Assembly (NCBI GenBank): GCA_017601245.1
Contig: JAFNJB010000055.1
Location: 56,455-120,454 of the forward strand
Direction: 5' to 3'
Length of the DNA: 64,000 nucleotides
Source of the DNA: Candidatus Brockarchaeota archaeon
GTDB lineage: Archaea > Thermoproteota > EX4484-205 > JAAOZP01
The translations under genes were made by a program, and so were the position numbers. The first letter of the stretch is position 1; every line of letters begins with the position of its first letter. The notes under the pieces are model-generated. The model made no database searches and had not been told where the DNA came from. It was given only the letters and a program-made list of their open reading frames with translations. Shown here in pieces: positions 19,021 through 29,074 of this stretch.

Positions 19021-20385
19021 TTAAGGCGTACTCTTTAAATTTATTACAGACATGGCGTAGGAAACCGCTCTATCTATCAATTCTCTGTATTTCCCCAAAT
19101 AATTCTTTGGATTCATGGTTTCTATCAATTCTCCACGATCGATATACTTAGTGACTTCAGGATCACTTTCCAATACTTCTAGGAGGCTCTTATTCTCGGC
19201 AATAGCCTTCCTAGATAGTTTTCTAATAGTATCGTAAGCCTTCCTCCTCCCCATGCCCCTCCTAGCTAGTTTCATCATTACTGCTTCACTCATTATCCTG
19301 CCCCTTGTTAATTCTAAGTTCTTCAACATATTTTCAGGATAAACCCTTAGGTTCTTCAACACGTTCTCCATAGTAATCAGCATTTCATCGAGTAGTATCA
19401 TACACAATGGTATTGTAAATCTCTCATTACTGGAATTGGAAAGGTCTCTTTCATGCCATAATGGAATGTTTTCTAGAGCAGGTATTACCATACCCCTCAG
19501 TAATTTAGCGAGTCCGGATACCTTCTCACTATCGACAGGGTTCTGTTTCTGAGGCATCGTGCTACTTCCACGTTGTTGCTCGCCAAAGCCTTCGGCAGCC
19601 TCCATTATCTCTGTTCTTTGCAGATTCCTTATTTCAACAGCTATCCTATCTAAGCTTGAACCTAATAACGCTGCCCAAAGCATTAATTCAGCGAACCTGT
19701 CTCTGCAAATTACCTGTGTCGCTATCTCAACCGGTTCAAGGCCAAGCCTACTCATAGTCTTCTCCTCTATCAAGAGGGCTTTTTCTCCGAAGGCCGCCAT
19801 AGTACCAACCGCCCCGCCGATCTTTCCCCTCAATACTCTTTTTGAGAGCTGCATCATTCTCTCATAGTTTCTAGCAAGCTCAGCAGCGTAAACAGCGAAT
19901 TTGAATCCAAGCGTTATAGGAATGGCATGTTGACCGTGAGTTCTACCTGGCATTACAAAATCCCTGTATTTCTCAGCCATGCTACATAGGGTTTCTATGA
20001 GGGAAGTCAATCTATTACCGATTATGCTAAAAGCCTCTTTCAGTTGTAGTACCAATGCTGTATCTGTTATATCATTGCTAGTCGCACCCCAGTGGACATA
20101 TTCTCCATATTCTCCACATTCTTCGGAAAGCACTTCCACCATAGCCGCTATGTCATGCTTAGTTATTTTCTCCCTCTCTTTTACTCTGTCAACAGTAACT
20201 ATACTGGAAACCGCTTTGCTTCTTATCATTAAAGCGGCTTCTTGCGGTATCTCTCCTACTTCGGCTAAGGCTTCTGCTAAAGCCGCCTCTACATCAAGCA
20301 TTTTCTGAAGCCTGTTCTCCTCTTCGAAAATTCTCCTCATCTCGATGGAACCGTACCTGCCTGTGTCTATTGGGCAAATCGGCAT
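19021..20385 (-). CDS. purB: adenylosuccinate lyase
   Basis: Fumarate-lyase signature GSSTMPQKQNP, N-terminal WGATSNDITDTA. 454 aa. Confidence 0.9.
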   Translation of the reverse strand: MPICPIDTGRYGSIEMRRIFEEENRLQKMLDVEAALAEALAEVGEIPQEAALMIRSKAVSSIVTVDRVKEREKITKHDIAAMVEVLSEECGEYGEYVHWGATSNDITDTALVLQLKEAFSIIGNRLTSLIETLCSMAEKYRDFVMPGRTHGQHAIPITLGFKFAVYAAELARNYERMMQLSKRVLRGKIGGAVGTMAAFGEKALLIEEKTMSRLGLEPVEIATQVICRDRFAELMLWAALLGSSLDRIAVEIRNLQRTEIMEAAEGFGEQQRGSSTMPQKQNPVDSEKVSGLAKLLRGMVIPALENIPLWHERDLSNSSNERFTIPLCMILLDEMLITMENVLKNLRVYPENMLKNLELTRGRIMSEAVMMKLARRGMGRRKAYDTIRKLSRKAIAENKSLLEVLESDPEVTKYIDRGELIETMNPKNYLGKYRELIDRAVSYAMSVINLKSTP

Positions 20386-20515
20386 GTCACGAAAATCCCA
20401 CTCAGGTTAATTAAGTTTGCTAAGCTTTTTATGGGAGGACTACGATGCTACATTAATTTTGGGGCTTAAACTTTATATCAAGGTATTCTAATAACTAAGA
20501 AGGAGGTGAGCTTTA

Positions 20516-21499
20516 ATGAATCTATGGAAATTGAGGCTTAACATGATTGTCACGATGATGCTGGTTATTACAGTTACTACCGGTTTCTTAGCAGTCATAC
20601 TTTCAATCATGGGGGTTTCGCTGTTTTTAATGTTGCCCATAATAATACTGTGGAACCTTGTTCAATGGCTTATTGGCCCATATCTAATAGATTACATATA
20701 CCGTGTAAGGCCTTTAAACGAGGGAGAACTACCATGGCTTGAGCAGAGTGTAGAAAAGCTTTCTGAGAGAAGCGGGTTTAAAAAAGCTCCCAAAATAATG
20801 ATTTCAGATATTCCTTTGCCCAATGCTTTCGCGTATGGGAGTCCTCTAACGGGTTCAAGAGTGGCGGTGACAAGAGGCTTACTAGATAATTTAAACGAGG
20901 CTGAGGTTGAAGCAGTCATAGGACATGAGTTGGGACATCTCAAACATAAGGATGTTCAAATAATGATGTTTCTCTCTGTCCTTCCTGCAATAGTCTACTG
21001 GATAGCATACTCTCTCTATTACTCTGGTGTCTTTTCTTCCCGTTCAAGTAGGGAGAGGGGTAATGGCGGGCTTCTCCTGCTTGTGGGTATGCTTGGTATG
21101 GCACTATACTATATACTAACCCTCCTTATCTTGAGTTTTAGCAGGAGTAGGGAGTATTATGCAGATTACCATGGTTCCACAGTGTCTGATGGAGGCCCGT
21201 TAAGCCTTGCGAGTGCTCTCGTGAAAATATCTGATGTTAATGCTAGGACGCGTGAAAGGGTTAAAACATCATTAGCGGGATACGCTTCCTTCAAGACGCT
21301 TCTCATAGTAGACCCTGAAGCAAGTACTAAAGCAGAGCTTGGGAGAACGTATGACATTCGTTCCCTTGAAGAATTCGCCTCCAGGGATATTACTGCATCC
21401 GAAAGACTTGTAGAAGCATTGAGCACTCATCCTAATGTTAAGAAACGAGTTAGAAATCTCTTAGAACTTCATAAAGCTTTAAGTGGGCAACCGCAGTAA
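20516..21499 (+). CDS. htpX: HtpX-like M48 zinc metalloprotease (membrane)
   Basis: HExxH in VIGHELGHLKH, four TM segments, 327 aa. GGAGG-type ribosome-binding site 8 nt upstream of the ATG. Confidence 0.85.
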   Translation: MNLWKLRLNMIVTMMLVITVTTGFLAVILSIMGVSLFLMLPIIILWNLVQWLIGPYLIDYIYRVRPLNEGELPWLEQSVEKLSERSGFKKAPKIMISDIPLPNAFAYGSPLTGSRVAVTRGLLDNLNEAEVEAVIGHELGHLKHKDVQIMMFLSVLPAIVYWIAYSLYYSGVFSSRSSRERGNGGLLLLVGMLGMALYYILTLLILSFSRSREYYADYHGSTVSDGGPLSLASALVKISDVNARTRERVKTSLAGYASFKTLLIVDPEASTKAELGRTYDIRSLEEFASRDITASERLVEALSTHPNVKKRVRNLLELHKALSGQPQ

Positions 21500-21797
21500 T
21501 CTACAGTCTTTCAATAGTTCTCTAAAAACAGGAGCTTCTTTTTAATTTCCAACCCAACTATAATGATGACGCGCTTCTAACCAATCCTCGTCAGAATCCT
21601 CATTTTTTAACTCTCGGAACATCTATGGATTTAACCCATTTTTAGAGCTGGATGTAGAAAGAAATCTTGTTTTTGAAAAATGAACTTTTTTAGATTTTTT
21701 TAAGGCATGTTGCCTTTTTTTGAACATTTTAAAACTGAAATATCGTTAAAACGCTTATTAACAACGCTAAACACATTTTTTTAGGTGTGCTGAAACG

Positions 21798-22511
21798 ATG
21801 AGCATCTGTAAAAATAATGGAAGAAACGATTTGAAAATACTGGCTATGATAGCAGTTGCATTGATTTCAGCTCTAATGCTACTATCCTTTATCCGAGCTT
21901 CAGGAGATACTGACTCCGACGAGGAGAATTATATATGGGAAGAGTATTATGAGGACAACATTACTATCCCCTTCGAAGATTTTACAATGTCTCTAGACAA
22001 TGAAACAATGCCATTTTCCCTTGGTAAGAATATGTCAGTGCTGATACGGAATATTACTCAAACGCATAGGGAAAACCTACTGAGAATAAGACTCCAAAGG
22101 AGGATGATGCTCAACAATACTTGGCGTGAAAGACTTAGGATACTGAACCAGACCAAAAACGAGATGAGGGCTTGCATAGAAGAGAGAAATAGAGAGATGG
22201 AGAGGCTCCGTGAAATGTTGAGAAACGGTAACATTACACGTGAGGAATTCATAATGGAAATGAATAGGATAAGGCTTGAAGTGAGAACCAGGTTGAGTTT
22301 GTTAAAAGAGACTAGCAAAGAAGCGTTAAAGGCACTGCGGGAAAACATCTCCGAGGAGAATAAGAACTTCGCAAAACAGATTGTTGAAGAAAATCATAGA
22401 TTCCAGAAAGAGATGAAACAATTACATGAGAGGATAAGAGAGGAAGTGAAAGAGAAAGTTAGGGAGCAAGTTCAGAATAAAGGCGTTGGGAAAAATACGG
22501 GTAAAAAGTAA
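21798..22511 (+). CDS. membrane-anchored charged coiled-coil protein (hypothetical)
   Basis: N-terminal signal anchor, many N-glycosylation sequons, then a long R/E/K-rich heptad-like region. Confidence 0.4.
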   Translation: MSICKNNGRNDLKILAMIAVALISALMLLSFIRASGDTDSDEENYIWEEYYEDNITIPFEDFTMSLDNETMPFSLGKNMSVLIRNITQTHRENLLRIRLQRRMMLNNTWRERLRILNQTKNEMRACIEERNREMERLREMLRNGNITREEFIMEMNRIRLEVRTRLSLLKETSKEALKALRENISEENKNFAKQIVEENHRFQKEMKQLHERIREEVKEKVREQVQNKGVGKNTGKK

Positions 22512-22558
22512 TCCATAACTCATAAATTTTATATTTTTCCAGAAAAACTCTACATCAA

Positions 22559-23800
22559 ATGTTGCAGAAGTCTATCTCAAGATTTGTTTCGATAGTAGTT
22601 CTTTTAATAACAATCATTATCTTACGAGAACCGCTTTCGATTAGGGGTGAATTTGAGTTTCAAACAACCTATAGGATAATCCTCCATGAAGATTCGTCAG
22701 CAACATGGATAGTCAAACTCTCGACACCTTTGCTTTCAGAAGAGGATAAGAAGGATTTTGAGGAATTTATGAAAAACGCTGACAGGGAGAGCATGCTATC
22801 CAGCTTCAAATCTACTATAGAAAACATAGTTAATAGGGCATCATTAATAACTGGGAGACCAATGTTGCCTAAGGATTTTAATCTTGAAATAGACTTTGGA
22901 GGTGGGATAATTAAACAACTTGGAATCATAGAGTACAGGTTTACTTGGGTTGGCTTCAGTCTTAAAACGCTTGATAAGATTGAAGTCGGAGATGTTTTCG
23001 AAGGAGGGTTCTATCTCTTTTCGGATGAAGTGCTTGAAATAGATTACTCAGAGTTGGCTGAAAACTACTTTCTAGAAATGGTAAGTCCCCATCCTTCAAA
23101 GGAAGAGTCTTCGAAAGTAACATGGTTTGGAAAACTTGACTTCTCTGATTGTGAGCCCCGATTGGTGTTCCAAAACAGGGTTTTAACTGTTGAAGAATTC
23201 TTATTAAACAATACTCGTGTTGAAAAAGGTCTTTCTCTAAGGGCTTACGGTAAGATTAGTCCACCAGTATCCAATTTAATCATTCATATAGTTTACAAAA
23301 ACCCCGAAGGCTTGGAAATCGTTAGAATGGTTACTGTAGGTAGTGATGGTTATTTTTCAGACGATTATACTCCAAATCTTGTTGGATCCTGGAGCGTTTC
23401 TTTACGATTACCATCCAATTCTAAGTATAAGATTAACAATCTTCCGCAACACATTATATTCTCAGTCTACGAAGAAGCAGAGAGCACTGAAGGTTCAGAG
23501 ACCTATCGATTATTGATCATTATAGCAGTTCTCATGGTAATAACCTTAGTCTCAGCTTCATTGATTCTATACCGTCGTAGGAAGAAACCGTCCTTGCCCT
23601 CAGACGAATACATGATTTCAGATGAAGAACTAGTACTTAGAATACTCAAGAACTCTGGGGGTAGATTGTTACAAAAACAGATAAAGGAAGCAACAGGCTT
23701 TTCAAAGGCAAAGACCTCAATGGTTTTGAACGAGCTTCAGAAGAAGGGATTAATTAGGAAAATAAAACGTGGAAGAGAATACTTGGTTGAATTAGCGTAA
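22559..23800 (+). CDS. single-pass membrane protein with large extracytoplasmic domain and cytoplasmic C-terminal winged-helix DNA-binding domain
   Basis: Signal peptide, about 330-aa extracellular region, TM helix LLIIIAVLMVITLVSASLILY, positively charged stop-transfer RRRKK, then wHTH ...LLQKQIKEATGFSKAKTSMVLNELQKKGLIRKIKRGREYLVELA. Confidence 0.55.
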   Translation: MLQKSISRFVSIVVLLITIIILREPLSIRGEFEFQTTYRIILHEDSSATWIVKLSTPLLSEEDKKDFEEFMKNADRESMLSSFKSTIENIVNRASLITGRPMLPKDFNLEIDFGGGIIKQLGIIEYRFTWVGFSLKTLDKIEVGDVFEGGFYLFSDEVLEIDYSELAENYFLEMVSPHPSKEESSKVTWFGKLDFSDCEPRLVFQNRVLTVEEFLLNNTRVEKGLSLRAYGKISPPVSNLIIHIVYKNPEGLEIVRMVTVGSDGYFSDDYTPNLVGSWSVSLRLPSNSKYKINNLPQHIIFSVYEEAESTEGSETYRLLIIIAVLMVITLVSASLILYRRRKKPSLPSDEYMISDEELVLRILKNSGGRLLQKQIKEATGFSKAKTSMVLNELQKKGLIRKIKRGREYLVELA

Positions 23801-23808
23801 TTCCGATT

Positions 23809-24444
23809 CTATTTCAGTATTTTCCCAGTATCCATATACCAGAGGTAAAGGTCCAGCTCCGCCAAAGAGATATTTAATTCTTCAGCTACTCTAGAGAGAA
23901 TTTTCTCTATTTCTAAATACTTGATTTCTGAAAGAACAGTAGGGATGTGTTTTATTAATCCATGCTCATGCAGAATTCTTAAAACATGCCTATCTATTAT
24001 TGCAAGGTTCTTGAAGCCTATGTTCCTAAGGAAATGACTGGCTTCTTTAAACCCTAATCCTAGGACGTTTTTTACAAGCCATTTCCTGATTTCCAACGGA
24101 TCCTTATCGCTCTTAACTGTCTTCCATACCTCGTTATAGATTTTTCTTGCTTCAACTATATATCTAGCTCTGCTCTTAGGATACCTGTGTCCGAGTCTTC
24201 TAAGCTTTTCAGCAAGGCTAAACTCATCAAGATTGAAGAAATCTTCTTCACACTCTCTTTGTATCCTTAATCCCCCTTCAGCGGAATAATTAGCAGTAAG
24301 TATGCAGAAGCAGAGCTCGCTGAAAGTCTTATCTCTATCTCTTCCCGTTTCTTCAAAGCTCTTAATTCTGTTCAGGACTGTTTCACTAACCTCTCTATCA
24401 GAGATGATTTTCCTCAGACTCCTAAGCAGGCTTCCCCATCCCAA
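23809..24444 (-). CDS. ogg: archaeal Ogg2-type N-glycosylase/DNA lyase (8-oxoguanine glycosylase)
   Basis: HhH-GPD element LGFKEASHFLRNIGFKNLAIIDRHV with catalytic Lys/Asp spacing. About 210 aa, as in Ogg2. Confidence 0.6.
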   Translation of the reverse strand: MGWGSLLRSLRKIISDREVSETVLNRIKSFEETGRDRDKTFSELCFCILTANYSAEGGLRIQRECEEDFFNLDEFSLAEKLRRLGHRYPKSRARYIVEARKIYNEVWKTVKSDKDPLEIRKWLVKNVLGLGFKEASHFLRNIGFKNLAIIDRHVLRILHEHGLIKHIPTVLSEIKYLEIEKILSRVAEELNISLAELDLYLWYMDTGKILK

Positions 24445-24447
24445 TAT

Positions 24448-26055
24448 GTGATTTCATTACTAATCGTCAAAGATTTAAAACTCTTAAAAACGCCTTCTAA
24501 AGTGAATATTACGATGAGGAGGTGGCTTGATACCGTAATACCGTTTCTTCCAGAAGTCGTGACGAGTGCTGATATGGCTGCCATAGAGGAAAATGCTGAA
24601 GCACTCGGTTTTCCAAGAATATGCATGATGGAGAATGCTGGTTCTGCAACGGCAAGATTCATATCCTCAAAGGTTGATGTTAAAGGAAAATCCTTTCTAA
24701 TTATATGTGGTACTGGTAATAATGGTGGAGATGGTTTCGTAGTCGCTAGGCATTTGAGGAATATGGGTGCTCACGTTATAGTTGTTCTGGTAGGCAGGCC
24801 TCAGGATATTAGGAGTATGGAGGCTAGGACAAATTGGAACCTCCTTCTACACATGGAAGAAGTAGAAAAGATTGTGATTAACGACTCGTCGGAAACGGGT
24901 ATTATCAGAGAGATACTTGAGAAATGTGACTATGTAGTTGACTCGATGCTTGGAACTGGCTTTAAGGGGACTTTGAAAGAACCATTCGCTTCAATCGTGA
25001 GGGAGTTGAATTCTTCCAATAAGATCATTTTTGCAGTCGATATCCCAACCGGCTTAGGCCCGGAAAGTAGTGAAGAAGACCTGGTCGTTAAAGCATCGTA
25101 TACAATAACATTCCATAAGACCAAGGATTTTCTAAGTAAGTATAAACATGCCGGCGAAGTCGTAGTGGCTGATATAGGTATTCCTCTTGAAGCCGAATTG
25201 TACACCGGCCCGGGGGATGTTAGGAGGGTTATTAAGAGTAGGAAAAAGTTTTCACATAAGGGAGATTACGGTTACGTTCTAGTAGTTGGAGGTAGTGAAA
25301 CCTTTTCTGGTGCACCGGCCTTAGCAGCATTATCAGCACTCAGAGTTGGGGTGGGGCTATCTATCGTAGCCGCGCCAGAATCCGTAGCTAGTTCGATTAG
25401 AGCAATTACGCCAGACCTCGTCGTATATGAGCTTCCAGGTAAACATCTCAATAATAAAGCATTGGATGTACTTTCAAAACTCATGGAGAAAGTTGATTCA
25501 TTAGTAATCGGTCCTGGTATAGGTCTTCACGAAGAAACTATTGAAACTGTTAAAATTCTAATTGAAGAAGCTAAGAGCAAATCATTACCCATAGTTGTCG
25601 ACGCGGACGGTTTTAAATCGCTAAAATCTTTTCCAAACTTGCTTAAGGGGGTTGTCGCCACTCCTCACCGGGGGGAATTCAAACACGTTTTTGACAAGGA
25701 GCTTAAGGAGAAATGGTTTGAAAACATTCCGATATTAATAGAGCTCTCCAAGAAATACGATTTCACAATACTTCTAAAAGGCTTTGAAACAATCGTTACA
25801 GACGGTACGAGGCTTAAGGTGAATAAACACGCTACACCAGGACTCGCCGTCGGAGGCACTGGGGATGTGTTATCTGGCATAATAGCTGCCTTCCTAGCAT
25901 GGGGTAATGATGGCTTTAGCTCAGCGGCGGCTGCGGCGTATGTTCACGGAGACGCTGGCTTAAAGGCTGTCGGGGAAAAAGGCTTTCACATAACCGCATC
26001 AGACTTGATAGATAAAATACCGGAAGCCATGAAGATATTTGACAAGGAGGAATAG
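24448..26055 (+). CDS. nnr: bifunctional NAD(P)H-hydrate repair enzyme Nnr (YjeF-N epimerase + YjeF-C ADP-dependent dehydratase)
   Basis: GTGNNGGDG (YjeF-N) and C-terminal carbohydrate-kinase-like GGTGDVLSG. The true start may be the internal M near 24514. Confidence 0.85.
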   Translation: MISLLIVKDLKLLKTPSKVNITMRRWLDTVIPFLPEVVTSADMAAIEENAEALGFPRICMMENAGSATARFISSKVDVKGKSFLIICGTGNNGGDGFVVARHLRNMGAHVIVVLVGRPQDIRSMEARTNWNLLLHMEEVEKIVINDSSETGIIREILEKCDYVVDSMLGTGFKGTLKEPFASIVRELNSSNKIIFAVDIPTGLGPESSEEDLVVKASYTITFHKTKDFLSKYKHAGEVVVADIGIPLEAELYTGPGDVRRVIKSRKKFSHKGDYGYVLVVGGSETFSGAPALAALSALRVGVGLSIVAAPESVASSIRAITPDLVVYELPGKHLNNKALDVLSKLMEKVDSLVIGPGIGLHEETIETVKILIEEAKSKSLPIVVDADGFKSLKSFPNLLKGVVATPHRGEFKHVFDKELKEKWFENIPILIELSKKYDFTILLKGFETIVTDGTRLKVNKHATPGLAVGGTGDVLSGIIAAFLAWGNDGFSSAAAAAYVHGDAGLKAVGEKGFHITASDLIDKIPEAMKIFDKEE

Positions 26056-26067
26056 TCTTCCCTAGTT

Positions 26068-26790
26068 ATGAGCTCGAAGCAAAAGATATTCGTAGGTACT
26101 TCAGGCTGGAGTTATGATTGGAATCCTAATGGCTTCGACTGGTATGTCAAGAACTCCGGTTTGAACAGTGTTGAGCTTAACGCTAGTTTCTACAGGTTTC
26201 CCTTTAGGAATCAAGTTTGTTCTTGGGCCAAGAAAACACCGAGAGGATTCAGGTGGGCGGTTAAAGTCTCCAGGATAGTTACACACGTGTACAGGATGGG
26301 CAGTAAAGCAGTTAAGACGTTTAACAAGTTCATTGATTTGTTTAAACCTCTTGAGGAAAGCATAGATTTCTACTTATTTCAACTTCCGCCTTTCATGGAA
26401 CCGAGTCATAACACGATTAGGAACATAGAGCGATTCTTTAAGGAAGTTGGGATTGTTGAAAAAGCTGCAATGGAGTGGAGAAACTTAAAATGGTTCTCAG
26501 GAGAATGGGAAGAATGGGCTAGTGAAAGAGGTATTACAGTAGTCTCTGTGGACGCCCCGGACTTACCAAGGCATGTTTTCAACACGACGGGGATAGTCTA
26601 CTTGAGGATGCACGGTAGGTCATCATGGTATTCTCACAATTACACCATTAATGAGCTTAATGAGATTGTAAAGAGAGTGATTGAGGCTAAACCAAAGAGA
26701 ATATACGTTTTCTTAAACAATGACCATTACATGATCGAAAATGCTAGAACAATTCTCAAAATCTTTGAGAATGTTATGTTGGAAACTTAA
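26068..26790 (+). CDS. DUF72 (UPF0759) family protein
   Basis: FVGTSGWSYDWNPNGFDW ... NASFYRFP matches the DUF72 N-terminal signature. 240 aa. Confidence 0.75.
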   Translation: MSSKQKIFVGTSGWSYDWNPNGFDWYVKNSGLNSVELNASFYRFPFRNQVCSWAKKTPRGFRWAVKVSRIVTHVYRMGSKAVKTFNKFIDLFKPLEESIDFYLFQLPPFMEPSHNTIRNIERFFKEVGIVEKAAMEWRNLKWFSGEWEEWASERGITVVSVDAPDLPRHVFNTTGIVYLRMHGRSSWYSHNYTINELNEIVKRVIEAKPKRIYVFLNNDHYMIENARTILKIFENVMLET

Positions 26791-26835
26791 CAAGCGATAA
26801 GTTTATTTCTCTCTCAAAATGCTTAAATTAACGCA

Positions 26836-27318
26836 TTGTCGATAACAGTGCCATACGTACCATCGCCACCTGAAGTTGTTGAGAAAATGCTTGAAATCGC
26901 TAAAGTTACGCCTGACGACGTTGTTTACGATTTAGGATGTGGAGATGGTAGGCTTCTTATTACAGCTATTAAGAAATTCGGCGCGAGGAAAGCAGTCGGA
27001 TACGAGATAAGGAAGGATCTTTACGAGGATCTAATCAGAAAAATAGAGAGGGAAGGCTTGTCAAGTAGGATAATTGTTTACAATGAAGACTTGTTGAATG
27101 CAGACTTGTCTGAAGCAACAGTAGTAACCCTATTCTTAACAACGTCTGCAAACGAAAAAATAAAACCGAAGCTTGAAGCCGAACTTAAGCCTGGGGCGAG
27201 AATAGTTAGCCACGAGTTCACGTTTAAAGACTGGGTTCCTCAAAAGGTTGAAACACTATCATGGCACAAGATATACCTCTACGTATTCCCAGACTGTAGC
27301 AATTGTAGGAAGAGGTAG
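26836..27318 (+). CDS. small class I SAM-dependent methyltransferase
   Basis: Motif I VYDLGCGDGRLL. 160 aa; apparent TTG start. Confidence 0.55.
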   Translation: MSITVPYVPSPPEVVEKMLEIAKVTPDDVVYDLGCGDGRLLITAIKKFGARKAVGYEIRKDLYEDLIRKIEREGLSSRIIVYNEDLLNADLSEATVVTLFLTTSANEKIKPKLEAELKPGARIVSHEFTFKDWVPQKVETLSWHKIYLYVFPDCSNCRKR

Positions 27319-27321
27319 GCA

Positions 27322-28008
27322 TCAAAGCTTTTTTGATAAAAGTTGTCCGAAAGAGCAATACTTTAATAAAACGCAATTTCTGCAAAGAGGATTCTTAGCC
27401 TTACACGTCCTCCTACCATGTTCTATCAGTAAGAGATGAGCTTTCAAATAGTATTTCGGCGGGAAAAATTTCATAAGCTTTACACGAGCCTCTTCATAAT
27501 CGTCTTTTTCATCCACTATTCCAAGCCTCCGAGAAACTCTGGAAACATGAGTATCTATGGGGAAAGTAGGTTTTCCTCCTGCAAATAAAAGCATTACATC
27601 AGCTGTCTTAGGGCCGACTCCTGGGAGGCTCATTAATTCGCTCCTCGCCTCTTCAAGGGGCTTCTCAAAAATCTGCTCAAGCCTGCCACCATATTTCTCA
27701 ATTACGATCTTAGCGAGTTTTTTAATTACAGTAGCCTTAACATTGTAAAGGCCAGAGGACCTTATAGCAGACTTCAAAACTTTCAAATCAGCCCTTAAAA
27801 TCTTCTCCGGAGTTATTCCAATCCTCTCCCTGAGCTTTTTCAATGATTTTGCAGTATTCTTATCGCTAGTGTTTTGCGATAGAATGGTTGCTATAAGTAA
27901 TTCAAAGGGAGTCTTACTTGAGAGAACTGGGAAATCCTTATCATCAAACCGGATTTCATCTTCCAGCTTCTTAAGGACTATGTTACTGCTTAATTTTTTT
28001 ATTCTCAA
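27322..28008 (-). CDS. nth: endonuclease III (HhH-GPD with [4Fe-4S] cluster loop)
   Basis: HhH LPGVGPKTADV and Fe-S cluster loop CKAKNPLCRNCVLLKYC. Confidence 0.85.
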   Translation of the reverse strand: MRIKKLSSNIVLKKLEDEIRFDDKDFPVLSSKTPFELLIATILSQNTSDKNTAKSLKKLRERIGITPEKILRADLKVLKSAIRSSGLYNVKATVIKKLAKIVIEKYGGRLEQIFEKPLEEARSELMSLPGVGPKTADVMLLFAGGKPTFPIDTHVSRVSRRLGIVDEKDDYEEARVKLMKFFPPKYYLKAHLLLIEHGRRTCKAKNPLCRNCVLLKYCSFGQLLSKKL

Positions 28009-28216
28009 TACTGTTTCTGGACGATTAATCTTTAATCAGTTTTAAAAATTACGTCTGCCGCAAAAACTAAGCTTGCAAAAGCAATTACCAAAAACTGTTT
28101 TTTATCAGTAACAAATAATTTATAAACTTATCTTTTAAAATCATTTCAAAATCTTTTGGAAAAATGTCGAGCAATTAGAACACCGATATATATAGAGCCT
28201 AGTACCATAACGTTCG

Positions 28217-28942
28217 GTGAAAACATTGGGAAAAATAAATATCAAGAATAAATGTTATCTAAGTCTGCATCTATTTAAGAAATTCCTGCAGAAAAAAGTA
28301 AATACGGCATTACCGTCAAGATTGGCATTAGTACTTTCCATTATATTAGGCATCGTTATTGTCTCTTTAATAGCCTCTTCTACTCTGAGAGGCCTTGAGA
28401 ACTCGCGATTAAGCGAAGCCTATACTGCCCCTGGAGAAGCCGGGGAAAGCACATCCCCAACAATTATTTACATACCTTTTCTTACATCTCTTGAAATACG
28501 TAATCCTGAGATTGCTCGTAAATATGGTGTTAAGGGTTATTTGGAGATTAAGCTGGCAAACATCTCTTCTGCTAAAGGCAGGCCTGTGATAAGCGGTAAG
28601 AAGGGTAAAGAAACGAGAATACCGCTGCTATTACACTACGTATCTTATGATGAAGAATTCAACGAAATTAAAGTTGTTTTAGACCCGATGGGCCCAGGAT
28701 TGAGCATAATTAAGGTATTGCCCAATAGAGAGGAAGTACTCATAAACCGGTATGTGAGGTATGAGCCTTCAGGTTCTATAAGTATAAAGCATAATCAGAC
28801 GATAGAGGTTACAATGATAGTTAACGTTCCCAAAGGCTTTCCGCTGACGATTTTCGACTTGGGTGCAGTAGGTATTTACACAGAACCTGAAGAAGGTATC
28901 GCTATGATTAACGATACTTCAATGGAGGGGGTGTTTCCATGA
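28217..28942 (+). CDS. membrane-anchored extracytoplasmic protein (hypothetical)
   Basis: TM anchor LALVLSIILGIVIVSLIASS near the N-terminus; the real start is probably internal. Confidence 0.3.
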   Translation: MKTLGKINIKNKCYLSLHLFKKFLQKKVNTALPSRLALVLSIILGIVIVSLIASSTLRGLENSRLSEAYTAPGEAGESTSPTIIYIPFLTSLEIRNPEIARKYGVKGYLEIKLANISSAKGRPVISGKKGKETRIPLLLHYVSYDEEFNEIKVVLDPMGPGLSIIKVLPNREEVLINRYVRYEPSGSISIKHNQTIEVTMIVNVPKGFPLTIFDLGAVGIYTEPEEGIAMINDTSMEGVFP

Positions 28943-29074
28943 TTAAAGATAGGCGCAATATGCTTAAAAAATCTGATAAAATATTTCTCTTGATTAAGTC
29001 TTTTAATTCTGAGCTTAATTCCAATACCAATACAAACAACTTTAGCACAACAACCTTATGTAGGAGGATACTTT

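Noticed and set aside
21563-21600. Possible C/D-box sRNA (ATGATGA C-box-like at 21563-21569, tcaga at 21591-21595)
   Set aside because: No canonical CUGA D box, no recognisable C'/D' pair, and no kink-turn-compatible terminal stem. It is most likely a chance match in AT-rich spacer.
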